From Desulfobacterales bacterium (lineage in GTDB: Bacteria; Desulfobacterota; Desulfobacteria; Desulfobacterales; CAFBRK01), in contig JAIPEL010000003.1 of the NCBI GenBank assembly GCA_021737185.1, positions 31,763 to 95,762 on the forward strand: 64,000 nucleotides of DNA. The letters are read 5' to 3'. The notes under the pieces are model-generated. The model searched no databases, had not been told where the DNA came from, and was given only the letters and a program-made list of their open reading frames with translations. Positions 46,371-55,924 of this stretch are shown here, piece after piece. The position numbers and the translations under genes are program-made. Every line of letters begins with the position of its first letter. Positions within the stretch are counted from its first letter, which is position 1.

Positions 46371-49300
46371 TTCCCACGGCCTTCTTTCTTCGAAAGTGCC
46401 GGATAGCCGGGCCGTTGCTTCCCGCCAGATTGGCCTCGCACCGGGTCTCGACCGCGTCGTAGCCGACGCAGCCGGCGACTTCCTTTCGCAGGGAAGCGCC
46501 GGGGCAGATCCGCATCGGCTCCGGCAGTTCGACGACGGTCTGGCTCTTTCCTCCCAGCCGCAGATTGATAAAGGTCCTGCAGGAGCCCGGGTGCCGCTGC
46601 AATATTTCCTTGAGCCGCTCGAGGGTTTCCCGGCGGGTCCGGTTAATCTCCAAGTTGAAATGAACGCTGGCGCTCCACAGCTCCTCGGCCCGGCCCATGG
46701 GAATGACCGTATCGGCCAGAAGCTTGACGGCATTTTCGTCGCGCTGGATGCGGCCCTGGATCAGCACTGCTGCATCGTCGACCAGCACCTCCCGCGCCTC
46801 GTTGTATACCGAAGAAAACACCGTCGCCTCGACGCCGCCGTGAAGGTCCTCCACGGTGACAAAGGCCATCAGATCCCCCTTTTTCGTGTGAATGGTCTTG
46901 ACGTGGGTCACGACGCCGCCGATCCGAACCACCTCGCCGTCGCTTTTTTCCTGAAACGAAATGCTGTCGGCGGTGGTGAACTTTTCCAGCAGGTCTTCGT
47001 GCCGTGTCAGGGGATGGCCGGACATGTAGAATCCGAGCGCCTCCTTTTCGTGGGTCAGCAGTTGTTTTTCTCCCCACTCCTGGATGTCGGGCAAAGAGGG
47101 CGTGTTGGGCGCCGGGGTGGCACCTCCCCCGTCGAAAAGCCCCATCTGGGGATCACAGCGCTCCCGCTGGACCAGCTGCCCGTGCTCCAGGGTGTCTTCC
47201 AGGGCCGCCATCATCGCCGCCCGGGCGGCCCCGGTGCAGTCGAACGCACCGCAGCGGATGAGGCTCTCGATCACCCTTTTGTTGACCCGCCGCAAATCGA
47301 CCCGCTCGCAGAAGTCGAACAGGTCGGTGAAGGGCCCGGATTCTGCTCTTGCCTCGGCGATGGCCTCCACGGCCCCTTCTCCGATGTTTTTGACCGCCAC
47401 CAGTCCGTATCGGATCTTTCCATGGCTGACGGTGAATTTTTTTTCGCTTTCGTTGATGTCCGGCGGCAGCACTTGGATGTCATGGCTTCGGCACTCGGCG
47501 ATGTACTTGACCACGCCGTCGGTGGAGTGCATCTCGCTGGTGAGCAGCGACGCCATGAATTCCACCGGGAAATGGGCTTTCAGGTAAGCGGTCTGATAGG
47601 CGATCAGGGCATAGGCCGCACTGTGGGATTTGTTGAACCCATAGCCGCCGAACTTTTCCATCAGATTGAAAATCTGCTCGGCCTTTTGCCGGTCGATGCC
47701 GTTTTCCACCGCACCCTGGATGAAACGCTCCCGGTGCTTGGCCATGATTTGAGCGATTTTCTTTCCCATGGCTTTTCGAAGATCGTCGGCCTCGGCCATG
47801 GAGTAGCTGGCCAGGGCGCCTGCGATCTTCATGACCTGCTCCTGGTAGACGATCACCCCGTGGGTTTCTTTCAGGATCGACTCCAGCTCGTCTACCAGGT
47901 AGGAAACCGGCTTCCGACCGTGCTTTCGCTCCACGTAGTCGTCGATCATCCCGCTTTCCATGGGGCCGGGACGATACAGGGCCACCAGGGCGATCACGTC
48001 TTCGAACCGGGCCGGCATGAGCCGGACCAGCAAGTCCTTCATGCCGCTGCTCTCCAGCTGAAACACGCCGGTGGTGTCGCCGGATGACAGCAGCCGGTAA
48101 GTCTGTTCGTCGTCGAGGTCGAGTTCGGACAGATCCGGGACTTCGCGGCCGCCGTCGGCGATCAGCTTCAAGGTGTCGGCAATCACCGTCAGGTTCCGCA
48201 GCCCGAGAAAATCAAACTTCACCAGCCCGATCTTCTCCACGCACTTCATGTCGTACTGGGTGACCACCTCCCCCTTTTTGCCGCGATACAGGGGAAGGTA
48301 TTCGCTCAAAGGGCGGTCTCCGATCACCACACCGGCGGCATGGGTCGATGCATGGCGGGGCAGGCCCTCCAGGATCCGACAGATCTGGATGAGCTCGGCA
48401 TACCGGGCATTTTGCCTTTCCATTTCGGCCAGCCGGGGTTCCTGCTTCAGGGCGTCGTCCAGGCTGATGTTGAGCACGTCGGGCACGAGCTTGGCGATGG
48501 CGTCCACCTCAGCCAGGGGGATGTCCAAGGCTCTTCCCACATCCCGGATCACGGCACGGGTCTTGAGCTTTCCGAAGGTGATGATCTGAGCCACATAGTC
48601 GCTGCCTCCGTATTTTTCAGAAACGTACCGGAAAACCCGCTCCCGGCCGTTGATGCAAAAATCGACATCGATATCGGGCATGCTCTTTCGGGCGGGATTG
48701 AGAAACCGTTCAAAAATCAGCCCGTGTTCGAGAGGATCGAGATCGGTGATGCCCAGGGCATAGGCGACGATGCTGCCGGCGGCCGACCCTCGGCCGGGTC
48801 CCACCGGAATCCCGTTTGCCTTTCCATAACGGATAAAATCCGAAACGATCAGAAAATACCCGCAAAACCCCATCTTCCGGATCACCGACATTTCGTAGTC
48901 GAGACGGTCCTGATAGGCGGTTTCATCCACTCCCGGGCGCTTTCGGCGAACCCGCTCCATGATTTGGGCAAACCCTGCACGGGCCGCCTCTTCAAAGAGA
49001 TCTTCGACGGATTTCTCCGCATCGACGGCAAACTTCGGGAAATGGTAGGTGTGAAAATCGAGGGTCACATCGCAGCGGTCTGCGATCCGCCGCGTATTTT
49101 CCAGCGCGCCTTGCACATGGCCGAAGGCGGTCTTCATCTCTTCGGGGCTTTTGAAATAGAGCTGATCGGTCCGGAACCGGAATCGATCCGAATCCTGGGT
49201 CGTTTTCCCGGTCTGGATGCAAAGCAATACATCGTGGGCTTGCACGTCAGCGCTGTCGAGATAGTGGCAGTCGTTGCTGGCGACAAGCGGTATGGAAAGC

Positions 49301-49914
49301 CTTTGGCCCATTTCGACCAGGTGGCGGTTGACCAGCTCCTGGATTTCGATCCCGTTTTGCTGCAGCTCCAAAAAGAATCCGTCTTCACCGAAAATCTGTT
49401 GATATTCCCGGGCTGCCGCGTCAGCCTGCTCGATGCGCCCGGACTTGATGAGCATGGGAATCTCGCCGTGAAGGCAGGCCGACAGGGCGATCAACCCCCG
49501 GCTGTGGGCACGAAGCATCTCCTTGTCGATGCGGGGCTTGTAGTAAAACCCCGTCAGCTGAGCGGCAGTGGCCAGCTTGCAAAGATTCCGGTAGCCCTCC
49601 ATGGTCTCGGCCAGCAGGATCAGATGAGACATCCCCTTGCTGTCCAGCGGCGTCTTGTCGGTCATCTTCCGGGGAGACAGGTAGGCCTCGCAGCCGATGA
49701 TCGGCTTGATGCCGGCTTTAACCGCCTTTTCGAAAAACTCCACCGCCCCGAACATGGTGCCATGGTCTGTGATGGCCACCGCATCCATGCCGTAGTCGGC
49801 GGCCCGCTTCAGCAGGGGATCGATCCGGATGGCACCGTCCAAAAGGCTGTATTGGGTGTGCACATGGAGATGGACGAATTCAGCAGGTGGGTTGTTCATG
49901 GCTTCCGATGGCAT
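46363..49914 (-). CDS. dnaE: DNA polymerase III alpha subunit
   Basis: 1183 aa with an N-terminal PHP domain (FVHLHVHTQYSLLDG), a polymerase core and an OB-fold C-terminus. The stop overlaps the manC start by 8 nt. Confidence 0.97.
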   Translation of the reverse strand: MPSEAMNNPPAEFVHLHVHTQYSLLDGAIRIDPLLKRAADYGMDAVAITDHGTMFGAVEFFEKAVKAGIKPIIGCEAYLSPRKMTDKTPLDSKGMSHLILLAETMEGYRNLCKLATAAQLTGFYYKPRIDKEMLRAHSRGLIALSACLHGEIPMLIKSGRIEQADAAAREYQQIFGEDGFFLELQQNGIEIQELVNRHLVEMGQRLSIPLVASNDCHYLDSADVQAHDVLLCIQTGKTTQDSDRFRFRTDQLYFKSPEEMKTAFGHVQGALENTRRIADRCDVTLDFHTYHFPKFAVDAEKSVEDLFEEAARAGFAQIMERVRRKRPGVDETAYQDRLDYEMSVIRKMGFCGYFLIVSDFIRYGKANGIPVGPGRGSAAGSIVAYALGITDLDPLEHGLIFERFLNPARKSMPDIDVDFCINGRERVFRYVSEKYGGSDYVAQIITFGKLKTRAVIRDVGRALDIPLAEVDAIAKLVPDVLNISLDDALKQEPRLAEMERQNARYAELIQICRILEGLPRHASTHAAGVVIGDRPLSEYLPLYRGKKGEVVTQYDMKCVEKIGLVKFDFLGLRNLTVIADTLKLIADGGREVPDLSELDLDDEQTYRLLSSGDTTGVFQLESSGMKDLLVRLMPARFEDVIALVALYRPGPMESGMIDDYVERKHGRKPVSYLVDELESILKETHGVIVYQEQVMKIAGALASYSMAEADDLRKAMGKKIAQIMAKHRERFIQGAVENGIDRQKAEQIFNLMEKFGGYGFNKSHSAAYALIAYQTAYLKAHFPVEFMASLLTSEMHSTDGVVKYIAECRSHDIQVLPPDINESEKKFTVSHGKIRYGLVAVKNIGEGAVEAIAEARAESGPFTDLFDFCERVDLRRVNKRVIESLIRCGAFDCTGAARAAMMAALEDTLEHGQLVQRERCDPQMGLFDGGGATPAPNTPSLPDIQEWGEKQLLTHEKEALGFYMSGHPLTRHEDLLEKFTTADSISFQEKSDGEVVRIGGVVTHVKTIHTKKGDLMAFVTVEDLHGGVEATVFSSVYNEAREVLVDDAAVLIQGRIQRDENAVKLLADTVIPMGRAEELWSASVHFNLEINRTRRETLERLKEILQRHPGSCRTFINLRLGGKSQTVVELPEPMRICPGASLRKEVAGCVGYDAVETRCEANLAGSNGPAIRHFRRKKAVGNG

Positions 49915-49976
49915 AGGCGGTTCTTTTCGCGTTTTTCATAGTAGGCCATGGAGCCAGCATCGGGCAAGGGGGGCAT

Positions 49977-50175
49977 GGTGAGTTGGCCAGTTTCGCCAGT
50001 TGCCAGTTGGCCAGTTGGGCTACTGCATGTTTTCGACAGCCTTTGGAAAGTTGGTCCATTTTTGCATTCTTGCATCGGGGTAGTCTTGCGGTGAAAAGGG
50101 TGTCTCTGCCCGAACCAAATCTGGACTATAGACGTGACTGGTGAAACTGGCAACTGGCGAAACTGGCGAAACTGT
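49977..50175. repeat. Inverted CCAGTTNG-type arms between the guaB stop and the dnaE start
   Basis: There is a perfect 23-bp inverted repeat: 49986-50008 (GCCAGTTTCGCCAGTTGCCAGTT) and 50145-50167. It is embedded in tandem 7-9 nt units and has a 136-nt spacer. The right arm ends at the guaB TAG (50176-50178). Confidence 0.85.
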
Positions 50176-51639
50176 CTAATCGAGGCGGTAATTGGGCGCC
50201 TCCTTGGTGATAATGACGTCGTGAACGTGGCTTTCCCGCATGCCGGCCGCGGATATTCGCATGAACCGGGCTTTTTCACGCAGTTCCTCGATCGTACGGC
50301 AGCCGCAGTAGCCCATCCCCGCCTTCAATCCGCCCACCAGCTGCAGAATGTTGCCGGAAAGAGAACCGCGGTAGGGCACGCGGCCCACGATTCCCTCGGG
50401 TACCAGTTTGTCGTCCTCGGCCTCTTCGTGTTGGGCGTAGCGGTCCTTGCTTCCCTTTTTCATCGCCTCCAACGATCCCATGCCGCGGTAGACCTTGTAG
50501 CTGCGCCCCTGATAGAAGATGGTTTCGCCCGGGCTTTCCTCGGTGCCGGCGAAGAGCCCGCCGATCATCACGCAGTGGGCGCCTGCGCCCAGGGCTTTGG
50601 TGATATCGCCTGAAAATTTGATTCCGCCGTCGGCGATGAGCGGCACCCCGGTTTTCTTGGCCACGGCCCGGCAGCTCATGATGGCCGTCACCTGGGGCAC
50701 CCCGATGCCGGCAACGATGCGGGTGGTGCAGATGGAGCCCGGGCCGATGCCGATCTTCACTCCGTCCACCCCGGCCTTGATCAGGTCTTCGGCCCCTTTG
50801 CCGGTGCCCACATTGCCGGCGATCAACTCGATGTCGTCAAAGGTCTCTTTGAGCGCCTCCACGGCTTCGATGACATTTTTGCTGTGTCCGTGGGAGGTGT
50901 CGATCACGATGACATCGGCCCCGGCCTTGAGCAGCGCCTCGGCCCGGGCAAGCATGTCCTCTCCGACCCCGACGGCGGCGCCCACCCGGAGCCGACCCAT
51001 CCGGTCCTTGCAGGCGTAAGGGTATTTCTTGATCTTTTCGATGTCCTTGATGGTGATCATGCCGGTCAGCCGCCCTTCCTTGTCGACCACGAGCAGCTTT
51101 TCGATCCGGTGCTGGTGGAGAAGCTTTTTCGATTCCTCCAGGGTGATCCCCTCGGACACCGTGACCAGGTTGTCCTTGGTCATCACCTCGGAAACCGGCC
51201 GATCCAGATTGGTCTCGAACCGGAGGTCCCGGTTGGTGACAATCCCCACCAGAGCATTGTTTTTGATCACCGGCACTCCTGAAATGCGATACTGCTCCAT
51301 CAGGCTGAGGACCTCGCGCACGGGCCGGTCCGGATGGATGGTCACCGGGTCGATGATCATCCCGCTTTCCGACTTTTTGACCTGGTCCACCTCCCGAACC
51401 TGGTCTTCGATGTCCATATTGCGGTGAATGAAGCCGATGCCGCCCTCCCGGGCCATGGTGATGGCTGCCCTGGACTCGGTGACCGTGTCCATGGCCGCGC
51501 TGCAGATGGGAATGTTCAGGGCCAGGTTTCGGGTCAGCCGGGTGGCCGTGTTCACCTCCCGGGGCAGAATGTCGGAATAGTTCGGCAGCAGCAGTACGTC
51601 GTCAAAGGAAAAGCCTTCTTCGGGTGGTATCTTGACCAT
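50176..51639 (-). CDS. guaB: IMP dehydrogenase
   Basis: 487 aa from ATG 51639 ([19 protein letters not shown]) with a CBS pair and the catalytic loop [11 protein letters not shown]. Confidence 0.97.
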   Translation of the reverse strand: MVKIPPEEGFSFDDVLLLPNYSDILPREVNTATRLTRNLALNIPICSAAMDTVTESRAAITMAREGGIGFIHRNMDIEDQVREVDQVKKSESGMIIDPVTIHPDRPVREVLSLMEQYRISGVPVIKNNALVGIVTNRDLRFETNLDRPVSEVMTKDNLVTVSEGITLEESKKLLHQHRIEKLLVVDKEGRLTGMITIKDIEKIKKYPYACKDRMGRLRVGAAVGVGEDMLARAEALLKAGADVIVIDTSHGHSKNVIEAVEALKETFDDIELIAGNVGTGKGAEDLIKAGVDGVKIGIGPGSICTTRIVAGIGVPQVTAIMSCRAVAKKTGVPLIADGGIKFSGDITKALGAGAHCVMIGGLFAGTEESPGETIFYQGRSYKVYRGMGSLEAMKKGSKDRYAQHEEAEDDKLVPEGIVGRVPYRGSLSGNILQLVGGLKAGMGYCGCRTIEELREKARFMRISAAGMRESHVHDVIITKEAPNYRLD

Positions 51640-51779
51640 GAGGGTTCCTCCGGATGTCGGTTGAAAATTTGAGGCTTTCGATAACAAATCCACCCCCCTT
51701 TCGCAATGGCTTATTTGGCGGCTTGACAAGTGTCGGAACCGAATATAGGGATTGTCCTTGTTTCGCTCAAGTATGAAGG

Positions 51780-51846
51780 ATAAAATCGCTTCGCGCTTTT
51801 ATAAAACGCGGCTACGCCGCTATAATTTCTTTGCGCAGCAAAGAAA
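51780..51846. repeat. Three consecutive small palindromes in the guaB/tsaC divergent region
   Basis: ATAAAATCGC-ttc-GCGCTTTTAT (one mismatch), GCGGC-tac-GCCGC, and TTTCTTTGC-gca-GCAAAGAAA (perfect 9 bp). A TATAAT hexamer at 51821-51826 lies between them. Confidence 0.7.
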
Positions 51847-51867
51847 ATTTTGTGAAAATGCCACGCT

Positions 51868-52476
51868 ATGATCATCGAGATCAATCCGGAAAATCCCCAG
51901 CCGCGCCTGATCGAACAGGTGGTGGACGTCCTTAAAAACGGCGGTGTGATCGCATATCCGACCGATACCTACTACGGCATCGGCTGCGATATCTTAAACA
52001 AGAAGGCGATCGAGCGGGTCTACCAAATCAAGCAGCGGCCCAAAAGCAAGCCGTTCAGCTTCATCTGTGCGGACCTGAAGCATATCAGCGACTACGCCAA
52101 GGTTTCCAACTACGCCTACAAGACCATGAGGCGGCTGCTGCCGGGACCTTACACCTTCATTCTGGAAGGATCCAAGCTGGTGCCCAAGATCATGCTCACC
52201 AAACGCAAAACAGCGGGAATCCGGGTGCCGGAAAACGCCATCTGCCTGGAGCTGGTCAAAATCTTGGGAAACCCGGTGATCTCCACCAGCGTCGAGGCCC
52301 CCGACGAATCCTTTCATTTCGACGCCTCGCTGATCCACGACCACTACAAGGGAAGGCTGGATTTGGTCGTGGACGGCGGTCCGGTGCCGGCCCTGCCCTC
52401 CTCGGTCATCTCCCTCATCGACGACGAACCGCAGGTGATCCGCGCCGGCATCGGGGATATTTCCCTTTTTGAATAA
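51868..52476 (+). CDS. tsaC: L-threonylcarbamoyladenylate synthase (YrdC/Sua5 family)
   Basis: 202 aa: GGVIAYPTDTYYGIGCD, KQRPKSKPFSFI, PGPYTFIL. Confidence 0.9.
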   Translation: MIIEINPENPQPRLIEQVVDVLKNGGVIAYPTDTYYGIGCDILNKKAIERVYQIKQRPKSKPFSFICADLKHISDYAKVSNYAYKTMRRLLPGPYTFILEGSKLVPKIMLTKRKTAGIRVPENAICLELVKILGNPVISTSVEAPDESFHFDASLIHDHYKGRLDLVVDGGPVPALPSSVISLIDDEPQVIRAGIGDISLFE

Positions 52477-52495
52477 ATCCGCTGGCGCGGATTTT
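52472..52495. repeat. Palindrome containing the tsaC stop codon (possible intrinsic terminator)
   Basis: (TA)AATCCGC-tggc-GCGGATTT followed by T. The TAA at 52474-52476 lies in the left arm. Confidence 0.7.
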
Positions 52496-52550
52496 AACCG
52501 GCTGCTCCCAACCCGGCCCAATTACCAAAATCCGAATAACGAATTGCGGT

Positions 52551-52810
52551 TCTCCAGAAAGCTCCAGGTGACCTTCGCCGGAGGCCAACGGGTGTCAGAT
52601 CGGAAGCAGGGCAACTGTTTGAGCCATTTAGGCCGCGTTAAGACAGCCGGAACGCAAAAGCGGGATCTATCGAGCAATTCCCACTATCCCCTGTCACTTG
52701 TTTGCGCCCTAACCAGCGGCTGTCTTTACGCGGCCTTGATGGCGAGTTTTGGCCGGCTGGAGAGCTGATACTCGTCGGCCTTTGGCGGCTCAAGGCTGGA
52801 GGATTCTGGA
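52551..52810. repeat. ~260-nt long imperfect foldback in a 520-bp gene-free gap
   Basis: The core stem pairs 52623-52649 (GCCATTTAGGCCGCGTTAAGACAGCCG) with 52717-52743: 24 Watson-Crick pairs plus 1 G-U out of 27. The outer ~70 nt on each side are still about 65-70% complementary. The centre is 67 nt. Confidence 0.75.
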
Positions 52811-52877
52811 TAAGCGCATAACGAATTTTCAAATGGCCAAAACAGGAAAGTAGGAATCAAAAAAAACTGCGTGCGCG

Positions 52878-52943
52878 GTTTCGATCATTCGAATTTGGGT
52901 CATTGCGGTTTGTTTCGGGTTTCGAATTTCGTGCTTCGGATTT
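52878..52943. repeat. TTTCGAATTTCGTGCTTCGGATTT-type low-complexity motif
   Basis: GGGTTTCGAATTTCGTGCTTCGGATTT (52917-52943) recurs at 13715-13748 and 43735-43760. It is preceded by GGTTTCGATCATTCGAATTT. Confidence 0.75.
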
Positions 52944-52999
52944 ATGCTGAGGCGGGGCTAATAGTTCGAATACACTGCCACCCATGTGCTTGATGAAGA

Positions 53000-53893
53000 C
53001 TACGGTTTATAGAGGTATCCGGCAAACAGGTCTGTCGCCTTCAAGTGCCGGGAGAGAAATGCGGCGGCCCCTTCGGTGAGCAAGCCCAGCAGGGAATACT
53101 TTTCGGTGCGGGAGTAGACGGTCTTCACATCGCCTTCGATTCCGGCAAGCTCTGCGGCCCAGTCGACAGCGTCCTGGAGGTTGCCGAGCCGGTCCACCAA
53201 TCCCAGCTCCCGGGCCTGCTCCCCGTTGAAGATCCGACCGTCGGCCAGCCGGGCCACGGCTCCGTCATCCATGCCCCGTCCTTGCGCCACCGCCCGGATG
53301 AACTGGGTGTGGGTCTGGTCGGCGAAGGTCTGCAGAATTTCGCGTTCTTCTTCGGACATCGGTTTGACCGGCGAGGCGAGATCCTTGTATTCGCCGCTTT
53401 TGATGACCACGGGCACGAGCCCGATTTTGTCGAGCAGGCTTTTAAAATTGGTATATTCGATGATGACCCCGATGCTGCCGGTGATGGTGCCGGGATTGGC
53501 CATGACGCCTTCGGCTGCCGCCGCCACATAATAGCCTCCGGAGGCGGCAATGGACCCCATCGAGGCGATCACCGTTTTTTCATCTCGCGTCTTGCGGACC
53601 TCCCGGTAGATTTCCTGGGCCGGGCCGACAACGCCGCCCGGAGAATCGATCCGGAGCACGATGGCTCGAACGGAATCCTCCTCCCGGAACCGCTTCAGGT
53701 CCTCCAGCACGGTCCGGGCGTCGAGGATCACCCCCTCGATTTCGATGATCCCCACTTTGTGCACATCAGTGAAGGAAATATCGTCGCCGCGAAGGGCGAC
53801 GGACAGGGTGATCGTCAACGCAGCGAGGGTGGCGCCTGCAATGGCGGAAAAGACCAGAATGAAGAAAAGGATGGGATGGCGGCGGGAAAACAT
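53000..53893 (-). CDS. sppA: Signal peptide peptidase SppA (36K type)
   Basis: 297 aa with an N-terminal TM segment and the S49 motifs (IDSPGG, ASGGYY). Confidence 0.9.
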   Translation of the reverse strand: MFSRRHPILFFILVFSAIAGATLAALTITLSVALRGDDISFTDVHKVGIIEIEGVILDARTVLEDLKRFREEDSVRAIVLRIDSPGGVVGPAQEIYREVRKTRDEKTVIASMGSIAASGGYYVAAAAEGVMANPGTITGSIGVIIEYTNFKSLLDKIGLVPVVIKSGEYKDLASPVKPMSEEEREILQTFADQTHTQFIRAVAQGRGMDDGAVARLADGRIFNGEQARELGLVDRLGNLQDAVDWAAELAGIEGDVKTVYSRTEKYSLLGLLTEGAAAFLSRHLKATDLFAGYLYKP

Positions 53894-53974
53894 GCGGTGT
53901 CAGCCCCCATCGGGCGAGTCTTTGGAAAGAACCGGCGCCGGGGGCGGCGTTGCCACGCCACCGGCGCCGGTTTT

Positions 53975-55828
53975 CTATTCGTCGTTGAGTTTATCCTGCA
54001 GGTTTTCCCTCAGGATTTCGCCGAAGGTTGACGTGGCCGGCCCGATGTTGTTGATGTACTCGTTGAGCAGACTCTGTTCGTCTTCCATCTCCAGGCGCTT
54101 GATCGAAAGCCCGATGCGGCGCTCGTCGCTGTTGATATTCATCACCTTGGCGGTGATGATGTCGCCCACGTTGAACATCCCCACCGGGGTTTTGATCTTT
54201 TCCTTGCTGATCTCCGAGACGTGGATCAGCCCTTCGATCCCCTCTTCGAGCTCGACAAAAACGCCGAAGTCGGTCACGTTGGTCACCGTTCCGGTGATCT
54301 TCTTGCCCACCTCGTAGCGCTGTTCCACGGTTTCCCAAGGATCGGACTGAAGCTGCTTGATGCCCAGGGAAAACCGTTCGCTTTCTTTGTCGATGTCCAA
54401 GACGATGGCTTGAACGATGTCACCCTTTTTGTAGAGCTCGGAAGGGTGTTTGATCCGCTTGGTCCAGGAGATGTCGGAAATATGGACCAGTCCGTCGATC
54501 CCCTCGTCGATGCCGATGAAGATGCCGAAGTCCGTGATGTTCTTTATTTTGCCCTCGATGGTGGTTCCCACCGGGTACTTTTCGCTGATCACATCCCACG
54601 GATTCGGCTTGACCTGCTTCATCCCCAGGGAAATGCGCCGGGCATCCGGCTTGATGTCGAGCACCACCGCCTCGATGGATTCTCCGACGGAAACGACCTT
54701 GGAAGGATGTCGGATTTTTCGGGTCCATGACATCTCCGACACGTGGATGAGACCCTCGATCCCTTCTTCCAGCTCGACAAAGGCGCCGTAATCGGTGAGG
54801 CTGACAACCCGGCCGTTGACCCGGGAGCCGACCGGATACTTTTCGGCGGCGGCCTCCCACGGGTCCGGGGTGAGCTGCTTCATGCCGAGCGACACCCGCT
54901 CCCGCTCCAGGTCGAGGTTGAGAATCTTCACCTGGATCTCGTCGCCGATGGAAAACAGCTCGGAAGGGTGTTTGACCCGCCCCCAGGAGATGTCGGTGAT
55001 ATGCAGCAGACCATCGACGCCGCCCAGGTCGACGAACACCCCGTACTCGGTGATGTTCTTGACCACGCCGTCGATGACCTTTCCCTCGTGAATGGTGGCC
55101 AGGGTCTCGGTCCGCTTCTTTTCCCGTTCTTCTTCCAGAAGAACCCGGCGGGAAAGGACGATGTTGGATCGCTTCCGGTTGTATTTGAGAACCTTGAATT
55201 CGAAGGTCTTTCCGACCATCTCGTCCAGGTTTCTGATCGGCCGCAGATCGGCCTGGGACCCGGGCAAAAAGGCCTGCACGCCGATATCCACGGAAAATCC
55301 GCCCTTGACCCGGTTTGTGATGGTTCCGGAGATGGTTTCTTCGGCGTCGTAACACCGTTTGATCTCTTCCCATACCTTGATGGTGGCCGCTTTTTCCTTG
55401 GACAGAACGACGACTTCCTCGTCGTCGTCCCAGAACTCGACCATCACCTCCACGGTATCGCCCTCGGCGGCGGCCACTTCCCCGTTTTCGTCCCTGAACT
55501 CCCGGATCGGGATCTGGCCTTCGGACTTGTATCCGATGTCGACCAGAACAAAGTCTCGGTCCACCGAGATGATCCGTCCCAGGACGACCTCCCCTTCCTC
55601 GAACTGCTTGAAGCTTTCTTCATACATGCCCATCAGGTCCTCGGGCATGCGCTCTTCTTCGCCGGATTCGGCCTCGATCTCCTCGGCGACTCTTTCCGCC
55701 TCGGTCTTTTCGGGCAGCTTTGCCGCCCCCGTGTCTTCGGCCGCTGCTTCGGCCTCGACCGGATCCGTTTCCGGAGTTTGCTCCGGCATTTCCTGTTTGT
55801 TTTCGTTGTTCTTAAAATTGTTTTCCAT
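53975..55828 (-). CDS. rpsA: 30S ribosomal protein S1
   Basis: 617 aa with six S1 repeats (G.V..I..FG.FV.L). It has an unusual ~60-aa acidic N-terminal extension if ATG 55828 is used. An internal alternative start is ATG 55648. Confidence 0.95.
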   Translation of the reverse strand: MENNFKNNENKQEMPEQTPETDPVEAEAAAEDTGAAKLPEKTEAERVAEEIEAESGEEERMPEDLMGMYEESFKQFEEGEVVLGRIISVDRDFVLVDIGYKSEGQIPIREFRDENGEVAAAEGDTVEVMVEFWDDDEEVVVLSKEKAATIKVWEEIKRCYDAEETISGTITNRVKGGFSVDIGVQAFLPGSQADLRPIRNLDEMVGKTFEFKVLKYNRKRSNIVLSRRVLLEEEREKKRTETLATIHEGKVIDGVVKNITEYGVFVDLGGVDGLLHITDISWGRVKHPSELFSIGDEIQVKILNLDLERERVSLGMKQLTPDPWEAAAEKYPVGSRVNGRVVSLTDYGAFVELEEGIEGLIHVSEMSWTRKIRHPSKVVSVGESIEAVVLDIKPDARRISLGMKQVKPNPWDVISEKYPVGTTIEGKIKNITDFGIFIGIDEGIDGLVHISDISWTKRIKHPSELYKKGDIVQAIVLDIDKESERFSLGIKQLQSDPWETVEQRYEVGKKITGTVTNVTDFGVFVELEEGIEGLIHVSEISKEKIKTPVGMFNVGDIITAKVMNINSDERRIGLSIKRLEMEDEQSLLNEYINNIGPATSTFGEILRENLQDKLNDE

Positions 55829-55924
55829 TCAACACATTCCCCCTTAGCCGATTTTTGTCCGCCGAGACGTTATCCAGGCGACACAAATATGCTTCTTTAT
55901 CATAATCATTGAAAAACACAATGC

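Noticed and set aside
46282-49941. Two long ORFs (601 aa and 533 aa) antisense to dnaE
   Set aside because: These are antisense artefacts of a 3.5-kb high-GC gene. They have no motifs.
52590-52615. SRP-RNA-like GTCAGATCGGAAGCAGG
   Set aside because: There is no closing helix around a GGAA tetraloop and no complementary 3' strand.
52751-52825. TPP-riboswitch-like strings (CTGGAGAGCTGATA..., CTGGATAA)
   Set aside because: The canonical CUGAGA and the CUGG-AUAAUG-CCAG hairpin are missing. The site lies between two gene 3' ends, so there is no downstream gene to regulate.
52790-52835. tmRNA-like 5' signature (GGAGGATTCTGGATAAGCGC..)
   Set aside because: On neither strand is there a tRNA-like T-arm or CCA acceptor partner. 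There is also no tag reading frame ending in the usual ..A-A-stop.
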